Below, in pieces: positions 11,833 through 23,284 of a DNA stretch of 64,000 nucleotides; position 1 is the first letter of the stretch, and every line of letters begins with the position of its first letter. This DNA comes from an uncultured Candidatus Rokubacteria bacterium. GTDB taxonomy: Bacteria > Methylomirabilota > Methylomirabilia > Rokubacteriales > DASRDR01. The notes under the pieces were generated by a model. The model saw only the letters and a program-made list of their open reading frames with translations, had not been told where the DNA came from and made no database searches. Location: positions 224,001 to 288,000 of the forward strand of contig CAVPSB010000025.1 of NCBI GenBank assembly GCA_963708025.1, given 5' to 3'. The position numbers and the translations under genes were made by a program.

Positions 11833-12109
11833 GGTCCACGAGCTGGACGTGGAGGTGTGGCCGACGTGCATCGTGGTGCCGAAGAGCTACCGGATCGGCC
11901 TGAGGGTCCGCGGACGCGATTACGAGTATCCCGGCGGCCCCGGCGCGGGGCTGGGCGTCCTCGGAGCGGTCTTCACCGGTGTCGGTCCGTTCCAGCACGG
12001 CGACTCCCGCGACAGGCCGCCGGAGACCTTCGGCAAGAGCGTCACGCTTCACTGCTGTCCCGGGCGGCCGGCGTACGTCCTGCTGCCGGTCATCCCGCCC
12101 GATCGGTAG
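11832..12109 (+). pseudogene. CocE/NonD (X-Pro dipeptidyl-peptidase-like) hydrolase C-terminal fragment
   Basis: VHELDVEVWPTCIVVPKSYRIGLRVRGRDYEY...GVGPFQHGDSRDRPPETFG..AYVLLPVIP, with stop and no 5' part. Confidence 0.7.
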
Positions 12110-12249
12110 GGGCGGATCGCCAACCAGAGGGGGGCAGAGGGGGATGGAGAGGCCACGCCGACGTCCAGGTGGGACGAGCGACGATCTGGAAGTGGTGGAC
12201 CTTCAGGGACGGGCAACCGGAGGCGAGCGCCGGGAAGGCGGGGGCTGGA

Positions 12250-12363
12250 GCGAACGCGTTCCACAACTCGCCCGAGTACCAGGCCGCCGCCTCGTTCCGC
12301 CGGCAGGGCGCCGGCGCAATCGAGCTGGTCATCGTGGAAGGCGGGGACGCCACGCCCACGTGA
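12250..12363 (+). pseudogene. DUF1330 family C-terminal fragment
   Basis: AFHNSPEYQAAASFRRQGAGAIELVIVEG followed by a stop. Confidence 0.65.
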
Positions 12364-12383
12364 GGCCCGCCCCTCCCCTCCTG

Positions 12384-12560
12384 CCCGACCGTCCGCAGGC
12401 GTGGCGAGCGCGTGGTTCGGCCCGCGGCCGGGACGGCGGCGCTGGCCGCGGTGCTGCGCGATCTGTTCGAGCTGGTCCGGGCCGGCGCGTTCGTCCACAC
12501 GGCCGATGCCGGCGACCGCCGGTACTGCGAGCTCGGCCGGGCCTGCGGCCCCGACCCGGC
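12384..12560 (+). repeat. Diverged relic copy of the addB 3' region
   Basis: Aligns to 3346-3527: ALAAVLRDLFELVRAGAFVHTAD..CELGRACGPDP versus PLAAVLRDLFELVRTGAFVHTAD..GRACGPDP. Confidence 0.9.
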
Positions 12561-12577
12561 CGGACGCCGGTCCCAGG

Positions 12578-14122
12578 CTAGCGGGGCACCGTCTCCTCGA
12601 GATCTCGCAGGATCGCGCGCGCGCAGTTGTGCCCCGGCGCGCCGGTGAGCTCCCCGCCCGGGTGTGTCCCGCCGCCGCAGAGATAGAGCCCCTTGATGGG
12701 CGAGCGGTAGGGCATCCGCCGCGAGAAGAACTGCTGTGGCGTGACGTCCAGGTGGCGGATGTTTCCGTCGGTCATCCCGATTCGCGTCTCGATGTCGAGC
12801 GGGGTCTCGACCGTGATGTCGAGGACGCACGCCCGGAAGTTGGGGACGTACTGAGAGAGGATCTCCACATGGAGCTCCGCGAGCTCCTGCTTCCTGGCCG
12901 TGTCCCACGGCCCGTCCGCCGGCCGCGCCGGGTAGTAGAGCGACCAGCTCGACATCACGTGCATGCCCCGGGGGGCTAGGGTCCGGTCGTAGGCGGTCGG
13001 GAACTGAATGTGCATGATGGGCGTTCGCGACAGGAGGCCACACTTGGCGGCGTCCCAGCTCGCCTGGAACCAGTCGACGGAGGGGCAGATCTTGACGTAG
13101 GCGGCGAGCCGCGGATCGAAGCCGGGCCCCAGGTAGCGGCTGAAGTCCGGAAACTCTCGGAGCGCCCCCAGCACCTTCACGCAGGTGGCGCGCGTCTTGA
13201 GGTTCTGCACGCGGTGGAGAAACGTCTCGGCGAGCTCTCCAGCGTCAACGAGGGAGAGGTACGTCCGCTTGGGATCCGCGTTGGAGACGACGAGCGAGGC
13301 GCGCAGCGCCCGCCCGTCGGCGAGGAGGACGCCGCGCGCCTGGCCGTCCTCCACCAAGACTCGCTTCACCGTGACCCCCGTCCGGATCTCCACGCCCTTG
13401 GCTTGGGCCGCCCGGGCCATCGCCTCCGAGACCCGGCCCATGCCCCCTTTGGGGATCCCCCGATTCTCCGGCTTACCGAGGACCCCGCTCCGGATGTAGG
13501 CCACCGAGAGGATGCTACCTGGCGCGCTCGGGTCACCCGCGTCCTGCGCGTTGATGAAGTACGCCTTGACGCGAGGGTCCTCGAAATGCTCGTCGACCAG
13601 GTCTCGCACGCTCACCGTGAGCATCGTCTCCCAGACCTCTTCGTCGGCGGTGCCGCGGAGGTCCATCGCCACCTGGCCGAAGGTGGGCGGCTCGCTGAGG
13701 AAGTACCGGTAGACGATGCCGCACGCCCGGTCCCAGAACGAGACCCAGTCGAGGAACGCCTCGGCGTCGTGTTCGGAGAGCTTGCGGATCTCGCGGTACA
13801 ACTTCTTGGCGTCGTGCCAGCCCAGGATGAAGCTCCCGTCCGGGAAAGGATGGAAGTTCCACGGGTTGACGGAATAGAGGTCGAACCCGTGGCGGCGGAG
13901 CTCCAGATCGTCGATGATCTTGCCGTGGAGCATGTGGCAGATGTAAGCGCAGTAGGGGACGTGGAAGCCCGGATAGAGCTCCTCGGTCCCGATGCCGCCC
14001 CCCACGCGCTCGATGCGCTCCAGCACCAGGACGGACAGGCCCTCCCGGGCCAGGTAGTTCGCAGCCACGAGGCCGTTGTGCCCCGCCCCTACGATGATGA
14101 CGTCGTACTCCGGCTCCGCCAC
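12578..14122 (-). CDS. Phytoene dehydrogenase-like NAD(P)/FAD-dependent oxidoreductase
   Basis: DVIIVGAGHNGLVAA FAD-binding motif, KGGMGRVS, C-terminal GLYLCGGGTHPGG..GAPGHNCA. Intact 514 aa. Confidence 0.9.
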   Translation of the reverse strand: MAEPEYDVIIVGAGHNGLVAANYLAREGLSVLVLERIERVGGGIGTEELYPGFHVPYCAYICHMLHGKIIDDLELRRHGFDLYSVNPWNFHPFPDGSFILGWHDAKKLYREIRKLSEHDAEAFLDWVSFWDRACGIVYRYFLSEPPTFGQVAMDLRGTADEEVWETMLTVSVRDLVDEHFEDPRVKAYFINAQDAGDPSAPGSILSVAYIRSGVLGKPENRGIPKGGMGRVSEAMARAAQAKGVEIRTGVTVKRVLVEDGQARGVLLADGRALRASLVVSNADPKRTYLSLVDAGELAETFLHRVQNLKTRATCVKVLGALREFPDFSRYLGPGFDPRLAAYVKICPSVDWFQASWDAAKCGLLSRTPIMHIQFPTAYDRTLAPRGMHVMSSWSLYYPARPADGPWDTARKQELAELHVEILSQYVPNFRACVLDITVETPLDIETRIGMTDGNIRHLDVTPQQFFSRRMPYRSPIKGLYLCGGGTHPGGELTGAPGHNCARAILRDLEETVPR

Positions 14123-14167
14123 GTCGTCGCCTCCTGGATGGTCTCGCCTCGCGCCACTGGGCAGTGG

Positions 14168-14250
14168 TCAGAAGGCGAGAAAGTCCTTGAGGGCCGCAAG
14201 GACCGCGTCACGGTTGCCCTCGTGCAGGGTGTGGACCGCGCGCGGAATCT
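14168..14250 (-). pseudogene. Probable alpha/beta hydrolase C-terminal fragment
   Basis: AVHTLHEGNRDAVLAALKDFLAF* resembles the catalytic-His tail of alpha/beta hydrolases. Confidence 0.45.
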
Positions 14251-14399
14251 CGAGACGCGGCCGCGTGGCAGCGTCTTGGCCAGAACCCAGGAAGTTCAAA
14301 GCGCTCTATACTATCCCCAATCCCCGTGAGCGGGGGCGTTCCCATCTGCGAGGCCAGGATAGCGCTGCGGGCCGCCCGGAACCAGGGGGGGGATCTTGG

Positions 14400-14672
14400 C
14401 AGACGGCGCGCGACCGCGTGTCCGTCGGCAGCATGCATCTGAGCAAGGGCCTGGAGTTCCGCGCGGTCGCCGTCATGGCGTGCGACGACGACGTGGTGCC
14501 GCTGCAGGCGCGCATCGAGGCAGTCACGGACGAAGGCGACCTCGAGGACGTGTACGACACCGAGCGTCGTCTGCTATACGTGGCGTGTACCCGTGCGCGC
14601 GACCACCTGCTGGTGACGGGCGTCAATCCGGCATCGGAATTCGTGGATGATCTGCGGCGAGGAGACGGATGA
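14400..14672 (+). pseudogene. UvrD-like helicase C-terminal fragment
   Basis: VSVGSMHLSKGLEFRAVAV...ERRLLYVACTRARDHLLV (motifs V/VI) with no N-terminal part. Confidence 0.85.
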
Positions 14673-14673
14673 G

Positions 14674-14734
14674 CTAGGCCGGCAGGCCTGGCGCCGGCGC
14701 GTGGAGATCCCCGATCACCTGGTCGCTCCGCCGG
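14674..14734 (-). repeat. Second scrambled relic of the oxoprolinase gene
   Basis: ctaggccggcaggcctggcgccg matches 15399-15421; gcgcgtggagatccccgatcacctggtcgctccgccgg matches 16599-16636. Confidence 0.8.
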
Positions 14735-14879
14735 CGAGTCGATCTGCTGGCGTGTCGAGTGGAAAGGCGACACCACCCGCAGGTTTGACTCCCTCCGCCT
14801 CCCGGGGCAGTCTAGGGGCGGAGAAAGGGGCCGCGCATGGCATGATCCGGCGCCGATCAGGGCAGGGTGGATCGCCGCC

Positions 14880-14950
14880 GCCCGCTCGGCCGCCAGGGCG
14901 ATCGCTTCGGCCTCTCCTCGCCCCAGGAACGCCCCCAGGGCTGTCACCAC
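14880..14950 (-). pseudogene. PIN-domain (DUF3368-like) fragment
   Basis: LGAFLGRGEAEAIALAAER, matching the LG.GEAEAIALA motif. Confidence 0.5.
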
Positions 14951-14979
14951 ACACGTTGAAGCGGACAAGAGAGACCCCC

Positions 14980-15340
14980 TCAGGAGGGGCTCTCGCTCCT
15001 GGGCTTGGTGAGCGGCACGTAATCGTACTCGCCGATGCCTTGGAGGAGGAAGAAGACCGTCGAACGTGTCACCTCCGTTGGCGACCAGATGCGGGCGCCC
15101 GGGGCGCACCGCGTAAGTCTCAGTGGGACGGAGCCGCACCTCCTCCTTCGGTTCCCGCAGAAACAGCCGGAGCTGGCCCTCGAGGACGTAGAACGTGTCC
15201 TGGATCCGCGTGTGGCTGTGCCAGGGCACCTGCTGGCGCGGGCCGATCTGCAGCTCTGTGATCCGGAAGCCGGGCCGCTCGGCGTAGCGCACCCGCCGCT
15301 CGACCTCGTAGAGGTGGGTCCCGTCTTTCAACGCATCCAT
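14980..15340 (-). CDS. Cupin domain protein (one frameshift near 15060)
   Basis: VPWHSHTRIQDTFYVLEGQL...VRPGRPHLVAN, continuing VFFLLQGIGEYDYVP after the shift. SD GAGGAGG. Confidence 0.8.
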
Positions 15341-15398
15341 GGAAACCTCCTCGGGTCGGTATTCAAGAACAAGAGCCGTTTCTTGACCGCTGTTACCT

Positions 15399-18300
15399 CT
15401 AGGCCGGCGGGCCGGGCGCCGCGGGCGGACCCGCCGCGCGCTCGGCGCGGAGCGCGGCGGTGGCGGCGAGGTCCAGGCGGCCGTCGGGGGTCAGCACGGC
15501 GCCGTAGTCGCGGGTGGCGGCCTCGGGGGTGATGTAGCCGGCGCGGAGGTCGTGCTCGACCTCGCCGGCGGGGCGGGCCAGGGGGGGGCCGTAGCCGGCG
15601 CCGCCGGCGAGCTGGAGCTCGAGGACCTGGTCAACTCGGGTGAGCGTGACGAGGGCGCCGCAGCCGTAGTCCTCGATGATGCGGCCGCTCGCATCCAGCA
15701 GCACGCCGCGGACGGGGCCGCCGGGCTGGCCGCCGAACAGCCCGGGGAGGCGGCGCAGGACGCCGTCGGGCTGGATGCCGGCCAGCACGGGGCGCCCGTC
15801 GTCCAGGAGCTTCCGCACGCGGACCCGCTGGCCGAGGCCGCCGCGGTGGCGGCCGGGGCCGCCGCTGTCGGCGACGTACGTCTTCTCCAGGACAAGCGCC
15901 GGCACGCGGGTCTCGAAGAGCTCGACCGAGGTGTTGGCCGCGGACGTGGGCCACAGGAGGCCTGACTTGCCGTCGCCGTGGGCCGAGCCGCCCTGGCCGC
16001 CGCCCTGGAACAGGTGGTCGTTGTAGACGCGGCCGTCCGGCCCCACGCCGTAGAAGACGGCGGAGCTGGGCAGGCCGGTCGGGGCCTGCACGGCGTCGGG
16101 GAGGGCGCGGGCGAGGGCGAGGAAGAGAGCGGGCGCCAGGTACCAGCCGGTGCGGGTCCGCACGTTGACGGACGCCGGGTGGGTGCAGTGGAGGATGCTC
16201 CCCTCGGGCGCCCGGACCTCGAGGGGGCGGTAGGAGCCGGCGTTGCTCGGGACGCCGGGGGAGAGCATGCACTTGAGCGGGTAGGTCGTGTGGGCGGCCG
16301 TGTAGTTGTACGTGGAGTTGACCCCGCCGCGGGGCATCTGGGGCGGCGCCCCGGCCCAGTCCACCGCGATCTCGCCGCCGCGCACGGTCACGCGCACCGG
16401 GAACCGCTGCGGCGTGCCGAGCCCGTCGTTCCACACCTCGGCCGACGTAGTCGCCCTCCGGGACCCGCCGGATCGCCTCTCGCATCGCGGCTTCCGAGCG
16501 GTTCTGGACGACCGTGGCCAGCGCCTCCAGGTCCTCCAGGCCGTACTCGTCCATGAACTCCAGCAGCCGCTGGGCGCCGGCGGCGTTGGCGGAGACGAGC
16601 GCGTGGAGGTCGCCGATCACCTGGTCGCTCCGCCGGACGTTGGCGGCGAGGAGGGTGACCAGGTCCTCGTTGAGGGCGCCCGCGCGGTAGAGCTTCATGG
16701 GCGGGATCTGGACGCCCTCCTCGTAGATCTCGCGGGCGCCCAGGCTGTCCTTGGTCCCCCCGATGTCCGTCACGTGGCCGATGGTCCCGAGGAGGCCGAC
16801 GACCCGGCCGTGGCGGAACACGGGCGTGACGACCGCGACGTCGAAGAGGTGACCGGCGCAGGTCCAGGGGTCGTTGGTGATCAGGACGTCGCCGGGCTGG
16901 AGCGTCTCCGCCGGGAAGCGCTGGAGCATGGCCCGCACGGCGCGCGGGAGCGTGAGGTTGAAGACCGGCATGGCCCGCGGCGAGTGGGCGAGGGAGTTGC
17001 CGCGGGCGTCCACCAGCTCGCAGCCGAAGTCCTGCGCCTCCCCGATGATGAGCGAGAACGCCGTGCGCCAGACGGTGAGCCAGCACTCCTCCACCAGGTT
17101 GATCAGCCGGCTCCACATGATCTCGAGGCCCACCGGGTCGGCCTCGATCCGGGCGATGGTCTCCTCGCGCGTCGCGCCGGCGGGGGCGAGCGCCACCGGC
17201 GGGCCGGCCCGCCCGATGGCGAGCCGCAGGTTCAGGTGGGCGTCCACCTCCAGGCGGTCGCCGGGCGGCACGACGGTGGTGGACTCCCGCTCCTCGACGA
17301 TGGCCGGGCCCTCCAGCCGGTCGCCGGGGCGGAGCGCGTAGCGGTCGTAGACCGGGGTGTCGTGCCAGCCGCCGGCATCGGCGAAGTGGGCTGGCCGGCT
17401 CCCCTTGCGGGCGGGCCCGGCGGCATCGACGCCCGCGACGCGGGCGACCGACAGATCGGGCGTGGGCCCGCTCACGAGGACGCGCCAGTTCATCGCCTGG
17501 ATCACGGTGCCGCGGTAGAGGTGGGAGTAGAGCCGGACGTACTCCGCCTCGAAGGCCTCGGTGATCGCCGCCAGCGCGCCGGCGTCGAGCGACCCCGGCG
17601 GCAGCGGGATCGTGATGTCGTGGACCTGGCCGAGGAGCCGCATCTCCGCCCGCCGGGTCACCGTCACCGCGTCCGGCGCGACCCCGGCCCCGGCGAGCAT
17701 CTCCCGGCCGCGGGCCTCCAGCTCGCCGAGGACGCTGTTCACCGCCGCCCAGTCGAGCTCCTCCAGGACGCCGGGGAGGGACCGGGCGAACTCGAAGCTG
17801 ACCGGCGCCACCAGGAAGCCCAGGGCGGACGCGGCCCCGGAGGCCGGCGGCACGATGACCTCGCGCATGCCGAGGATGCGGGCGACGCGGGCGGCGTGGG
17901 CGGGGCCGGCCCCGCCGAAGGCGACCATGGCGAAGCGCCGCGGGTCGCACCCCTTCTCGACGATGTGGACGCGGGCCGCGCCGGCCATGCTCTCCGACAC
18001 CAGCGTGTAGATCCCCCAGGCGGCCTCCAGCGGCGTCAGGCGGAGGGGCGCGCCCACCCGGCCGAGCGCGGTCTCGGCCGCGGCGGGGTCGAGGCGCATC
18101 CGGCCGCCCAGGAAGAAGGCCGGGTCGAGGTAGCCGAGGCAGAGGCTCGCGTCGGTCACGGTCGGCTCGGTGCCGCCCAGCCCGTAGCAGGCCGGGCCCG
18201 GGTCGGCGCCCGCGCTCTCCGGCCCGACCTTGAGGAGCCCCAGCGGGTCCACCCGCGCGATGGAGCCGCCGCCGGCCCCGATCTCGATCATGTCGATGAC

Positions 18301-19294
18301 GGGCGCCTTGATCGGCAGCCCGCTCCCGCGCTTGAAGCGGTGGACCCGGGCCGCCTCCATCCCGGGCGCCACGTCGGGGGCGCCGTCCTGGATGAGGCAG
18401 GCCTTGGCCGTCGTGCCGCCCATGTCGAACGACAGCACGTCGCGGTCGCCGGTGAGCCGCCCGACGAAGGCGCTGGCCAGCCCGCCGCCGGCCGGCCCGG
18501 ACTCCAGCAGGCGGACCGGGAAGGCCATCGCCATCTCGAGGCGACGCCATGCCGCCGGCGGACTGCATCAGGTAGAACCGGCGCCCGGCGGCGTCCGGCG
18601 CCTCCAGCGCGGCCGCGAGCCGCGCCAGGTAGCGCGCGACGAGGGGCTGGACGTAGGCGTTGGCGGCCGTCGTGCTCGCCCGGTCGTACTCCCGGATCTC
18701 GGGGACGACCTCGTGGGAGAGCGAGACGAGGAGCTGCGGGAACTCCCGCCGGACCAGCTCGGCCACCGCCCGCTCGTGGGCCGGGTTCCGGTAGGCGTGG
18801 AGGAAGCAGATGGCCAGCGCCTCGACGCCGCGGTCCACCAGCCCGGCCACCTCGCGGCGCACCTGGGCCAGGTCGATGGGCACGACCACCGTCCCGTCGC
18901 GGGTCATCCGCTCGTCCGCCTCGCGGCGGAGCTCCCGCGGCACCAGCGGCTCGGGGAAGCGGAGGAAGAGGTCGTAGATGTCGTACCGCTGCTCGGTGCC
19001 GGCTTCAAGAACGTCCCGGAAGCCGCGCGTCGTCAGGAGGCCGACCCGCGCGCCCTCGCGCCCGATGATGGCGTTGGTGACGAGCGTGGTGCCGTGGACC
19101 AGGAGCCCCACCTCGGCGCCGTCCACGCCGGCCGCCCGCAGCAGCTCCTCGAGCCCGGCCAGGACGCCGAGGGCCGGGTCCTTCGGCGTGGTGAGGCACT
19201 TGTGGACCCGCACCGAGCCCGTCCCCGTGTCGAGCAGGACGAAGTCCGTGAAGGTGCCGCCGATGTCGAAGCCGACGTGGTAGCGGGCTGGCAC
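15399..19294 (-). CDS. Fused hydantoinase A/B (5-oxoprolinase-like) protein, frameshifts near 18537 and 16445
   Basis: GFDIGGTFTD, HGTTLVTN, LESGPAGG, FDMGGTTAK, AFGGAGPAHA, NDPWTCAGHLFD, DSGGPGRHRGGLG, AGGAGYG. GTG start at 19294 is preferred; ATG 19306 is the alternative. Confidence 0.9.
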
Positions 19295-19301
19295 GGGGCT
19301 C

Positions 19302-19331
19302 AGCATACCCGCCCGGGCCCCCGCCTTTCAA
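19302..19331 (-). promoter_or_regulatory. Putative sigma70 promoter of the oxoprolinase gene
   Basis: TTGAAA-18 nt-TATGCT on the minus strand, with 7 nt between it and GTG 19294. Confidence 0.5.
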
Positions 19332-19359
19332 CGGCGGCCAGGGCGGACGCTCCCTCGCT

Positions 19360-19522
19360 CTACCTGTCTAGCGTGAGGTAGATCAGCGCGTTAGCACCTG
19401 CCTCCATTCTACCGCTGCTCACGACTCCCTGAGCCCCCTGCCGAGACGTGTAGTGGAAGTAGAAGTCCGGCACATCCCCTCCCGGCAGACGGGCTGCCAG
19501 CCTCCAGCGACCCCACCGCCAG
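19360..19522 (-). pseudogene. Tox-ART-HYD1-like ADP-ribosyltransferase N-terminal remnant
   Basis: DFYFHYTSRQGAQGVVSSGRMEAGANALIYLT resembles the HYT..G..GI..SG......VYLT signature. Confidence 0.5.
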
Positions 19523-19686
19523 GGTCAGGGAACGCTACACGAGCGTCCCCTGGCCAGTCAAGTTATGGGCCACGCACCGCTGTCTGTGAGGATCAGTAGG
19601 CCCGCCACCACTGGCCGCTCCCACGCGGGTCTCTATTCCGGTTGGGAGTCCGCCCGGCTACGGAGAGCTGGAAGGAGGAGAAGTGC

Positions 19687-19715
19687 TTGACGGCTCCTGC
19701 CCGGGGGACTAGCCT
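19687..19715 (+). promoter_or_regulatory. Putative sigma70 promoter of the adenylate cyclase gene
   Basis: TTGACG-17 nt-TAGCCT, followed by SD GGAGG and ATG 19736. Confidence 0.55.
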
Positions 19716-19735
19716 TGGCGCACTGGAGGCCCGTC

Positions 19736-22700
19736 ATGCAGTGCCTCCGGCTGCCAGCACGAGAATCTCCACGGACCAGAAGTTCTGCGGGAACTGTGGC
19801 ACTCACCTCGTGGCCCCCTGCGTCGCGTGTGGGGCGCCGAATCCGGCCGGGCCGGAAGTTCTGCGGGGACTGTGGTGCGCCCCTCGGCCCGACCCCTCCA
19901 GGCCAGAAGTTCGGCTCGCCGGACGCGTATACCCCCAAGTACCTGGCCGAGAAGATCCTCACCTCGCGGAGCGCCCTGGAAGGCGAGCGCAAGCAGGTCA
20001 CGGTGCTCTTTGCCGACGTCGCGGGCTTCACGTCGCTCTCGGAACGGCTCGACCCGGAGGACGTCCACGGGCTGATGACCCGGGCCTTCGAGCTGATGCT
20101 GGCGGAGGTCCACCGCTACGAGGGGACCGTCAATCAGTTCCTCGGCGACGGGATCATGGCGCTGTTCGGCGCCCCGATCGCTCACGAGGACCACGCCCGC
20201 CGCGCGGTGCAGGCGGCGCTCGCCATCCGGCGGACCCTGGACGCCTACCGGGACGACCTCGAGCGCGAGCGCGGCATCCGCCTTCGGGTGCGCCAGGGCC
20301 TCAACACCGGTCTGGTCGTCGTCGGCAGCATCGGCAGCGACCTGCGCATGGACTACACCGCCGTCGGCGACACGACCAACGTGGCCGCGCGACTCCTGCA
20401 GGCGGCCGAGCCGGGCGGATCGTCGTCTCCGAGGCCGTCCACCGTCTGGTCGAGGGCTTCTTCCACACGCGATCGCTCGGCAACCTGCACGCTCAAGGGC
20501 AAGGCGGAGCCCGTCGGAGCGTGGGAGCTCGTCTCGGCCCGGGAAGCGCGGAGCCGACTCGACGTCGAGGCCGAGCGCGGCCTGACCGCCCTGGTCGGGC
20601 GCGAGCGCGAGCTGGCCGCGCTCACGGACTGCTTCGAGAGGGCCCGCGCGGGCCAGGGGCAGATGGTCTTCGTCGTCGGCGAGCCCGGGATCGGGAAGTC
20701 CCGCCTGGTGTACGAGCTGCGTCGGCGCATCGGCGACCAGGCCGCCTGGCTCGAAGGGCGTTGCGTCTCGTTCGGCCAGTCCATCGCCTTCCATCCGCTG
20801 ATCGACCTGCTGCGCCGGAAGTTCGGGATCGAGGACGGCGACGACGAGGCGACCGTCATCGGCAAGATCGAGGGCGGGATCCTGCCGCTGGGCGACGACC
20901 TGCGGCCAATCCTCCCCTACGTCCGCTACCTCCTGGCCGTCGACCCCGGCGACGCCGCCGTGTCCAGCATGGATTCCCAGGAGCGTCGGGGGGAGCTGTT
21001 CTACGCCCTGCGCCGACTCCTTCTCCGCGAGGCAGAGCGCCGGCCACAGGTGATGGTCTACGAGGACCTCCACTGGACGGACAAGGCCACGGAAGAGTTT
21101 CTCGCCCTGGTCGCCGACAGTCTGCCGGCCAGCCCCGTTCTCCTCGTCCTCACCTACCGCACCGGCTATTCACATCCGTTTGGCGAGCGGAGCTATCAGA
21201 CCCGCGTCGCGCCCGGCGCGCTGTCGACCGGGGACAGCGTGGCGATGGCCCGCGCGATGCTCGCGGCCGAGCGCCTGCCCGACGGCCTGCAGGCGCTCAT
21301 CGCGCGCAAGGCGGAAGGCAACCCGTTCTTCGTCGAGGAGCTGGTCAAGTCGCTCCGGGAAGCGGGCAGCATCCGGCCGGCCGGCGACGGCTGGGTGCTG
21401 ACGCAGCGACTCGAGGAGCTCATCGTGCCCGAGACGATCCAGGACGTGATCGCGGCGCGGATCGATCGCCTTCCGGAGGCGCCGAAACGAGCGCTCCAGG
21501 CCGCCTCGGCGATCGGTCGGGGGTTCAGCCGTCGGCTCCTCGATCGGATCGTCGAGCGCCGGCGCGCGTACCGAGACACTGCTGCGGGACCTCACCGCGC
21601 TCGAGCTGATCTACGAGAAGCGGGTCTTCCCGGAGTTCGAGTACACCTTCAAGCACGCCCTCACGCAGGAAGTCGCGTACGGCTCGCTCCTGGTTCAGCG
21701 CCGGAAGGAGCTCCATCGACTGATCGCCGTGACGATCGAAGACCTGTACGGGGACCGGCTGGCCGAGCAGTACGAGGTCCTGGCGCACCACTTCGAGAAG
21801 GCCGAGGCCTGGGACAAGGCGCTCGAGTACCTCATGCAGGGCGGCCGACAAGGCGGCCCGGGCGTTCGCCACGCGAGACGCCCTCGCGCTGTACGACGCC
21901 GCCGAGACGATGGCCGATCGCCTGCGCGACGGCGTGCCGGCGGACACCCGGATGGCCATCCACCGGGGGCGGGCGGAGCTCTACGTCCTCGTGAGCGACT
22001 TCGACCGCGCGCGGGCCGAGTGGGAAGAGGTGCTCCGGCAGGCCCGCCGGACCGGTGATCGCCAGGCCGAAGGCGGAGCCCTGGTGGCGATGGGGCAGGC
22101 GTCCTGGTTGGGCCACCACTTCGATCAGTCCCTCGAGGACTCCCGTCAGGCGGCCGAGATCGCCGAGGCCATCGGCGCCCCGTCGATCCTGGCCGGCAGC
22201 CTGCTGAACGAGGCGATCGTCTACGAGGTGACCGGCGAGGTGACCGGCCGTCTCGCCGAGGCCCGGACGAAGTTCGACCAGGCGCTCGTTCTCAGCCGTC
22301 AGGCCAACGACGTGGTCAACGAGGCCAGCGGCGCTGGTCTTCGGCGCCGAGCTCGAGGGCTGGGAAGGTCACTACGCGCGGGCGGCACAGCTCTACGACG
22401 AGGGGATCCGACTCGGCCGAGCCCATAACGTCCTCGTCCCGGTTCTCGAGGGCATGTTCATGTCGGGCGTCAACTTCACGGGCCAGGGCGCTTATGACCG
22501 CGCGCTGGACATCCTCGAGGACGGCCTGGCGCTGGCTGAGCGCGTTGGGGACGGGAACTACACACCGCGCTACCTCAACTCGCTGGGCTGGCTTCACATG
22601 GAGTGCGGGGACCTGGACCGGGGCCGTGATCTCAACCAGCGCGCGGCCGAAGGCGGCCGAAAGCGTGGCGATCACGAGTCGTTCGCCAACGCCGAGCTGA

Positions 22701-23253
22701 ACCTCGGCGACATCGCGCTGCTGAACGGCGACCTCGCGTTGGCCCGGGACTACCTCGAGGGAGTGCATCGCCTCGTCGAGGACCCGGCGACCAGCGAGTG
22801 GATGCGCTGGCGCTACTCGATCCACCTCTTCGCGAGCCTCGGGGAGCTGGCGCTCGCGCGCGGAGACCTCGCCGGGGCGCGCGAGCACGCGGACGAGTGC
22901 CTGGAGCGAGCCACCCGGACGCGGTCGCGGAAGTACCTCGTGAAGGGATGGCGGCTGCGCGGGGAGATCGCGAAGGCCCGCCGGAACTGGGAGGACGCCG
23001 ACCGGCGCCCTACGCGAGGCCATCGCCGTAGCCGAGTTCATCGGCAACCCGACCCAGCTCTGGAAGACCCACATGGCGGTCGGAGAACTCCATTCGGAAC
23101 GCAAGACGCCAGAAGCAGCCCGGCAGGCATATCGAGGCCGCGCGCAACGTCATCGAGCGAATCAAGTCGGGCCTTCACAACCCGGGACTCCGCGCAAGCC
23201 TCGAGAGTGCTCCACTCATCCGACGGGTATACGAGCTCACGGCGCCGGCTTAG
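19736..23253 (+). CDS. Double zinc ribbon + class III adenylate/guanylate cyclase + AAA ATPase + TPR protein, frameshifted
   Basis: KFCGNCG/KFCGDCG, ERKQVTVLFADVAGFT, GDGIMALFGAP, VGDTTNVAARL, GEPGIGKSRL, EDLHWTD, AEGNPFFVEE, FKHALTQEVAY, TPR-like tail. Confidence 0.9.
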
Positions 23254-23284
23254 GCGCCGCGTGGCGCTCGGAGCCAGCAACAAC

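Noticed and set aside
11600-15400. Integron cassette array or CRISPR-like array
   Set aside because: No integrase, attC-like sites, regularly spaced repeats or cas genes; fragments lie on both strands.
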